This document shows, one piece after another, positions 59,463 to 64,000 of a stretch of 64,000 bases of DNA (the first letter of the stretch is position 1; every line of letters starts with the position of its first letter). The stretch is from an uncultured Syntrophomonadaceae bacterium. Lineage in GTDB: Bacteria; Bacillota; Dethiobacteria; DTU022. The notes beneath the pieces are model-generated. The model was not told where the DNA came from. It did not search any database and saw only the letters and a program-made list of their open reading frames with translations. The stretch lies in contig CAYXKD010000002.1 in the NCBI GenBank assembly GCA_964464625.1, forward strand, positions 32,453-96,452, written 5' to 3'. Position numbers and translations under genes: made by a program.

Positions 59463-60503
59463 TTGAAACCTTTTAAAAGTAATGGCAAACTAACAGCATT
59501 GCCGCTGCTGCTTCTGCTCTTTTCGGCGGCCTTTGTCGCAACGATCTGCGGCGCAACCCTTTTTCCGCCATCAGCGCGGGGCGAAGAGCAGCCCCTGGAG
59601 GCGGACCCCGGCAAGGTTCTTTTACCCGGGGGCACAAAACTGATCATCCCGCTGCCCTTTACCGAAGAATCCCCCTTATCCACTGTTGTCGAAAGCGCCC
59701 TGGTGCCCTCCCAGTCCAGGCGCATAGCGCTCACCTTTGATACGGGCTGTCTCAGGGAAAGAAGGCCGCCGTACGCCTACAATCTGGACTGGCTGGATGA
59801 GCCGGCACTGGCAGTGCTCCATGTCCTGGAGCAGTACAATGTCACAGCCACATTTTTCCCCCAGGCCACCTGGCTTGAGGACTACCCCCAGGTGGTCCGT
59901 AAAATCGTGGAGAAAGGCCACAGTTTGGGCAATCATACCCTGACGCATGCAAACTTTTACGAACTTGAATACGATGAAGTGATCCATGAGGTGCGCCAGT
60001 CCACGCGGCTCTTCGAAGAGGTTGCCTCTTTCCGCCCCTACATCTTCCGGCCCTCCTTCGGCTACTATACCGACTTTCACCGCCAGGTTTTTTCCCGGGA
60101 AGGTTACCCCTACACCCTGCTGTGGACGGTAATCACGCAGGACTCATTCCGCTTCGGTGTCTGGGACCAGATTGTCACGCCCAACTATATCGCCGACCGG
60201 GCGCTCACCTATGCCGATGACGGCGGGATCATTTTAATGCATTCCCTGCCGCAGACTGCCAAAGCACTGCCCATGATCATTACAGGTTTGCAGGAGCAGG
60301 GCTACGAATTCGTCACTGTTTACGAAATGCTGCCGCCGCCCCTGGAAAACCTGGGACAACCTGTCTACCACACAGTTGAAGGGGATACCCTGGAGAAGAT
60401 CGCCGCCGCCTTTGAAGTTACCCTGGAAGAGCTTTTGGAGGTAAATATACCGCAGATTAGTTTCAGGGCTTTTCATGCGCTGAGAAAGGGCTGGAAACTG
60501 TAA
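59463..60503 (+). CDS. Polysaccharide deacetylase (NodB domain) with a C-terminal LysM domain
   Basis: 346 aa, TTG start. Signal peptide. NodB motifs TFDTG and LGNHTLTH. C-terminal LysM (YHTVEGDTLEKIAAAFEVTLEELLEVN). Confidence 0.8.
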   Translation: MKPFKSNGKLTALPLLLLLFSAAFVATICGATLFPPSARGEEQPLEADPGKVLLPGGTKLIIPLPFTEESPLSTVVESALVPSQSRRIALTFDTGCLRERRPPYAYNLDWLDEPALAVLHVLEQYNVTATFFPQATWLEDYPQVVRKIVEKGHSLGNHTLTHANFYELEYDEVIHEVRQSTRLFEEVASFRPYIFRPSFGYYTDFHRQVFSREGYPYTLLWTVITQDSFRFGVWDQIVTPNYIADRALTYADDGGIILMHSLPQTAKALPMIITGLQEQGYEFVTVYEMLPPPLENLGQPVYHTVEGDTLEKIAAAFEVTLEELLEVNIPQISFRAFHALRKGWKL

Positions 60504-60519
60504 AACACCCCTGGAAGAG

Positions 60520-61215
60520 CTACCTTTCCGGCGCCCTGGTGACGCTGTCCAGCCCCGCCCGGACAATGAGCCGGTGGGTGCCGCGGACATTTTTGGGGTG
60601 GCACGTCTGCAGGGTGAGAACAGGTTCTTCAGTGGTGTCTATGACGCTCCAATCATCGGGCTGCACAATCCTGACCCACTCGGTAAGGTAGATAAAACGG
60701 TAACCTTCCACATCAATATAGATCTCGTCACCCTCCACCAGCTGGTCCAGATCGGTAAAAAAGCCCCAGTAAGAGCCCCTGTGGGCCGCTATGGCCACAT
60801 TGCCTGATCCGGTGTTGGGCAGATCGCTCATCTGGAAATGGACGGGCCCCTTGTCCAGAAGAACCATATCAAAGACATCGCCGATCTGAACAATGAGGTC
60901 AATATCGATTTTGGGGATAATGATCCGCATGGGCTGCCGTTCCGTTATGGCCACATCGCCAAAAGCACTCTCATCGGGAATTTCATAGAAAGTCTCATTG
61001 TATGCTTTTTTCAGCTGGTACTGATAATAGGCGATCTCCGCTTTTTGATAGATGTAATAGCCCAAAAGCGCCAGCCCGCCGCCGATAAGCAAAACCCCCA
61101 GCCACCGCCAGAACGAACTTCTCTTCCTGGAACCTTTCCCTTTTTCCTGAGCCAATTCAAAGGGCTCCTTTCCTGCCTTGATCCAATATTTACTGATGTC
61201 AATTTTACGGCTCAT
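60520..61215 (-). CDS. Sortase family transpeptidase
   Basis: 231 aa. N-terminal TM. Catalytic His (IAAHRGS), TLQTC Cys motif and conserved Arg. Confidence 0.8.
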   Translation of the reverse strand: MSRKIDISKYWIKAGKEPFELAQEKGKGSRKRSSFWRWLGVLLIGGGLALLGYYIYQKAEIAYYQYQLKKAYNETFYEIPDESAFGDVAITERQPMRIIIPKIDIDLIVQIGDVFDMVLLDKGPVHFQMSDLPNTGSGNVAIAAHRGSYWGFFTDLDQLVEGDEIYIDVEGYRFIYLTEWVRIVQPDDWSVIDTTEEPVLTLQTCHPKNVRGTHRLIVRAGLDSVTRAPER

Positions 61216-61239
61216 CCGCCGGTGAAGTCAAGTAATATT

Positions 61240-62352
61240 TTAGCTGGATGCCGCAATCGCTTCTTTTAAGCTTTCTACTACATATTTTGTCTGTTCTTCC
61301 TTCAGGTTTGTATGAAACGGCAGGGCCAGCACCTCCCGGCCCGCCTGCTCCGTTATTGGGAAAATGCCCTCCTTGAAACCGAACAGCTCCCGGTAATAAG
61401 GCTGCAAATGTATGGGAGTAAAGTAAGGTTTACACTGCACGCCGCGCCGCTTCATAAAAGCCAGTACCCTGTCCCTGTGAATTTCTCCATCAATACGAAT
61501 GACATAGACAAACCAGCTCATCTCTGCATCGGCTGAAATGTAAGGTGTTGTTACACCCTCCACATCTTGCAGCAGACAGTTATACTCTGCAGCCACGGCA
61601 GTACGCTTAGCCAGTATTTCCGGCAGACGCTGCATCTGAGCCAGCCCTAAGGCGCAGGAAAGCTCATTCAAGCGGTAGTTAAAACCGAGCCTTTCGTGAT
61701 CCAGCCAGCCTCCACCTTCACGGCGGCCCTGATTGCGCATGCTGCGACATAGGGTGGCAATCTCCTCATCGTCCACCACCACCATTCCGCCCTCACCCGT
61801 GGTGATCTGCTTGTTGGGGTAAAAGGCAAAGACAGATCCATCGCCAAAGCTGCCTGCAGCGCGACCTCGATAGTTTGCTCCAAGCGCTTCACAGGCATCC
61901 TCGATCACCCTGAGGTCGCGCCTTTTTGCAATCTCCATGATCGGATCCATATCCGCCGGCTGACCAAAGGCATGGACCGGCAGTATAGCTTTCGTGCGCG
62001 AAGTAATTGCCCCTTCAATAAGCGAGGGATCTATGTTTAGAGTCTGCGGATCAATGTCCACAAAGACAGGTTTGGCCCTTTCAAAAAGCATACAGTTGGC
62101 TGAAGCAATGAAGCTGAAAGGGGTGGTGATCACCTCGTCCCCATCTCTTATACCCAGCGCCCGGACAAGGAGATGCAGTCCGCTGGTCCCGCTGTTAACG
62201 GCAATACCGAAACGCCGCCCGGACAGGATCGCCATCTCTTGTTCAAATTTCTCCATCTTCGGCCCGAGGGCAAGATGTCTTGATTTTAATACTTCATTAA
62301 CTGCTTCTATTTCTTTTTCTGTAATATCCGGTGCGGATAAAGAAATGAACAC
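61240..62352 (-). CDS. DegT/DnrJ/EryC1/StrS family PLP-dependent sugar aminotransferase
   Basis: 370 aa. SAPDITEKEI...VNSGTSGLHL...YPNKQITTGEGG (PLP Lys) blocks. Confidence 0.9.
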   Translation of the reverse strand: MFISLSAPDITEKEIEAVNEVLKSRHLALGPKMEKFEQEMAILSGRRFGIAVNSGTSGLHLLVRALGIRDGDEVITTPFSFIASANCMLFERAKPVFVDIDPQTLNIDPSLIEGAITSRTKAILPVHAFGQPADMDPIMEIAKRRDLRVIEDACEALGANYRGRAAGSFGDGSVFAFYPNKQITTGEGGMVVVDDEEIATLCRSMRNQGRREGGGWLDHERLGFNYRLNELSCALGLAQMQRLPEILAKRTAVAAEYNCLLQDVEGVTTPYISADAEMSWFVYVIRIDGEIHRDRVLAFMKRRGVQCKPYFTPIHLQPYYRELFGFKEGIFPITEQAGREVLALPFHTNLKEEQTKYVVESLKEAIAASS

Positions 62353-62408
62353 TATCTTTCCTCCCAGATTATATTCAATAATAAAACAAACGGATTTTAA
62401 AATATGCT

Positions 62409-63173
62409 CTACTCTTGACAGCGTTCCAATTTATCTTGGGTGATCAAGCGATGACGTGCAAAAAGAGCAAAAACCGATAACACCAGGCCAATTAGGAATG
62501 CAACAGCAATGTATATTATTTTATTTACAGGAATAATTTGAGCAGTTCTGCCGCTCCCATCCAGCCAAATATAATCGCTCAAGTTTAACTGCTCACTCAG
62601 CTCTAGTAAATTGAAATCTATAAGTTGGATCTGCAGCAGGCAGTCAGCTTTTTTCTCAATATAATTCTTATAGATAGGATCTTCTTCTAACAATTCTGTG
62701 ATTTGCTCATCTCTGGACAGCAAATATTCAGCTGTAACTTCATCAAGATAGTGTAAAAGTTTTTGTTTTCTTTCTTTTTCCAGTATCATTTGTTCAAAAC
62801 GATAATCAGACACAGCTTCAATAATGGCTTTACCCGTTCTTTCTACCATATTGACACAGACTTCGGGATCATTATATTTACCTGTGATCTGTAATACTGA
62901 ATCGTTACCGGAAAAGTGATTCACCTTTATAAAAGGTGTTAAAAGATCCCTATCTTCAGTTATCTCTTTTTGTTCGATAAGTTCGACTACTTCCTTACCC
63001 TTGATCTGGTACGGAAGCAGGTTAAGAAGCACACTATATTCATAATCAGGAATAATTATGAACATGGTATATAAAAAGGCAGTCAGCGTAAAAATAGCAG
63101 TTACCGCTAAGACAAAGTATTTTCCGCGCCAAAGAACCTGAAGTATTTCCCTGTGATCTATTTCATTTTCCAT
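62409..63173 (-). CDS. Wzz/CpsC-type chain-length determinant protein (Gram-positive capsule type)
   Basis: Start at ATG 63173 (MENEIDHREILQVLWRGKYF), with a GGGGGAT RBS. N- and C-terminal TM. AT-rich gene. Confidence 0.6.
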   Translation of the reverse strand: MENEIDHREILQVLWRGKYFVLAVTAIFTLTAFLYTMFIIIPDYEYSVLLNLLPYQIKGKEVVELIEQKEITEDRDLLTPFIKVNHFSGNDSVLQITGKYNDPEVCVNMVERTGKAIIEAVSDYRFEQMILEKERKQKLLHYLDEVTAEYLLSRDEQITELLEEDPIYKNYIEKKADCLLQIQLIDFNLLELSEQLNLSDYIWLDGSGRTAQIIPVNKIIYIAVAFLIGLVLSVFALFARHRLITQDKLERCQE

Positions 63174-63243
63174 TTTTATCCCCCACAGCAAAGTCTATTA
63201 ATGTGTCCACAACCTAAATTATTCCACAGGTCACTTTTAACAC

Positions 63244-63903
63244 TCAAACCCCCGTGGCCGACAGAATTTTACTGAACTTTTGAAATAAATCCCGGTAATC
63301 AAGTTCATCCGGAAGCACATTGATCAATTTATCAGGAGAGGTAATCTGTGTTGTCGCGAAAGCAATCGCAGGACTGGGTACGATAATCGAATCTGACCGG
63401 CAGTATGCCTTTAAAGCCCTGCGGCGCATTTGGAAAGAGAAAAAACTATTTAGTATACTATCTCTGGATTCACCATAAAAGTCCTCAACTCCCCGAATTT
63501 CCAAAATTAAAGGCACCTGGTAAAAGGAACTCAGCGAATAGGCACTTCCAGCCAAGGCGAGCGGAGGTGATGAAGCCAGTACCAGATCGGGTGTAGGAAG
63601 ATTGCGAGCCTGCCGCACGGCCTTGCGGGCAAAAACAGATGATACCCGGCGCCGTCTGTTATCGAGGTTTAAGACGACTATGGCTGTGCCGCCTTGCTGC
63701 AACAGCCCGATCTTTTTCTTGCCCAATAATAGTCCCAACTCGGAATTACCGGTAATAACAGTAACCTTGTGACCCTGTTCCGCAAGGCGGCGGCTAATCT
63801 CAAAAAAACGCCTTCCCGGAGAAGAACCGTTAATTGCAAAGAACTGATGCAACATTAGTATATGCAGTTGCCCTCTCCCCCAGTTTAAGCCCTTTGGAAC
63901 CAC
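63244..63903 (-). CDS. GT-B N-terminal (Glyco_trans_4-like) domain protein. Either half of a split glycosyltransferase or a truncated gene.
   Basis: 219 aa. ILMLHQFFAINGSSPGRRFFEISRRLAEQGHKVTVITG matches the GT4 N-domain pattern. No C-terminal catalytic domain follows; the next gene is Wzz-like. Confidence 0.4.
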   Translation of the reverse strand: MVPKGLNWGRGQLHILMLHQFFAINGSSPGRRFFEISRRLAEQGHKVTVITGNSELGLLLGKKKIGLLQQGGTAIVVLNLDNRRRRVSSVFARKAVRQARNLPTPDLVLASSPPLALAGSAYSLSSFYQVPLILEIRGVEDFYGESRDSILNSFFSFQMRRRALKAYCRSDSIIVPSPAIAFATTQITSPDKLINVLPDELDYRDLFQKFSKILSATGV

Positions 63904-64000
63904 AACTACCTTTATTCCACAAAGGAAGTCATTAACCTGCCTGCTACATAATTACAGCTCAAGTTCACGATTGCATAAAGCATAGGCTAAATTAGTAATA

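Overview
High-GC (~60%) monoderm (Gram-positive, Clostridia-like Bacillota) chromosomal segment. Left part (1-20.6 kb): housekeeping genes purL (3' partial), purE, an NCS2 purine permease, an acyl-CoA dehydrogenase, and groES-groEL preceded by a CIRCE operator. Then cell-envelope genes: a glucosaminidase-domain cell wall hydrolase, a DUF5050 lipoprotein, a DUF368 membrane protein, and a tandem pair of membrane-anchored beta-rich paralogs. Right part (20.6-64 kb): a very large, almost entirely minus-strand cell-surface glycan locus. It encodes wecB and wecC (UDP-ManNAc/ManNAcA), Ugd plus UDP-xylose synthase, CapD/DegT/epimerase/acetyltransferase (amino sugar), rfbF-rfbG plus a TylC3-family C-methyltransferase (CDP-linked C-methyl deoxyhexose), and a Glf-like mutase. 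It also has several GT2/GT4 glycosyltransferases, a priming phosphosugar transferase, Wzx, Wzy/O-antigen-ligase-like and two Wzz-like proteins. Further genes are a heparinase II/III-like protein, an AsnB-like amidotransferase lacking the catalytic Cys, three LCP ligases, a NodB-LysM deacetylase and a sortase. Embedded in the locus is a GtrA + GtrB-like GT2 + two GT-C (GT39/PMT-like) module, one GT-C fused to a parallel beta-helix domain. Notable non-coding structure: a 35-bp perfect palindrome in three copies (two bracket hsp20, one at the gtrA/GT-C junction). 38-bp near-identical direct repeats bracket about 37.5 kb of the glycan locus. 11-bp-phased CATGATT arrays sit in two promoters. Paired 17-bp palindromes lie in a divergent promoter. 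A structured terminator-like leader lies upstream of the purine permease. No rRNA, tRNA, CRISPR array or transposase was recognised.
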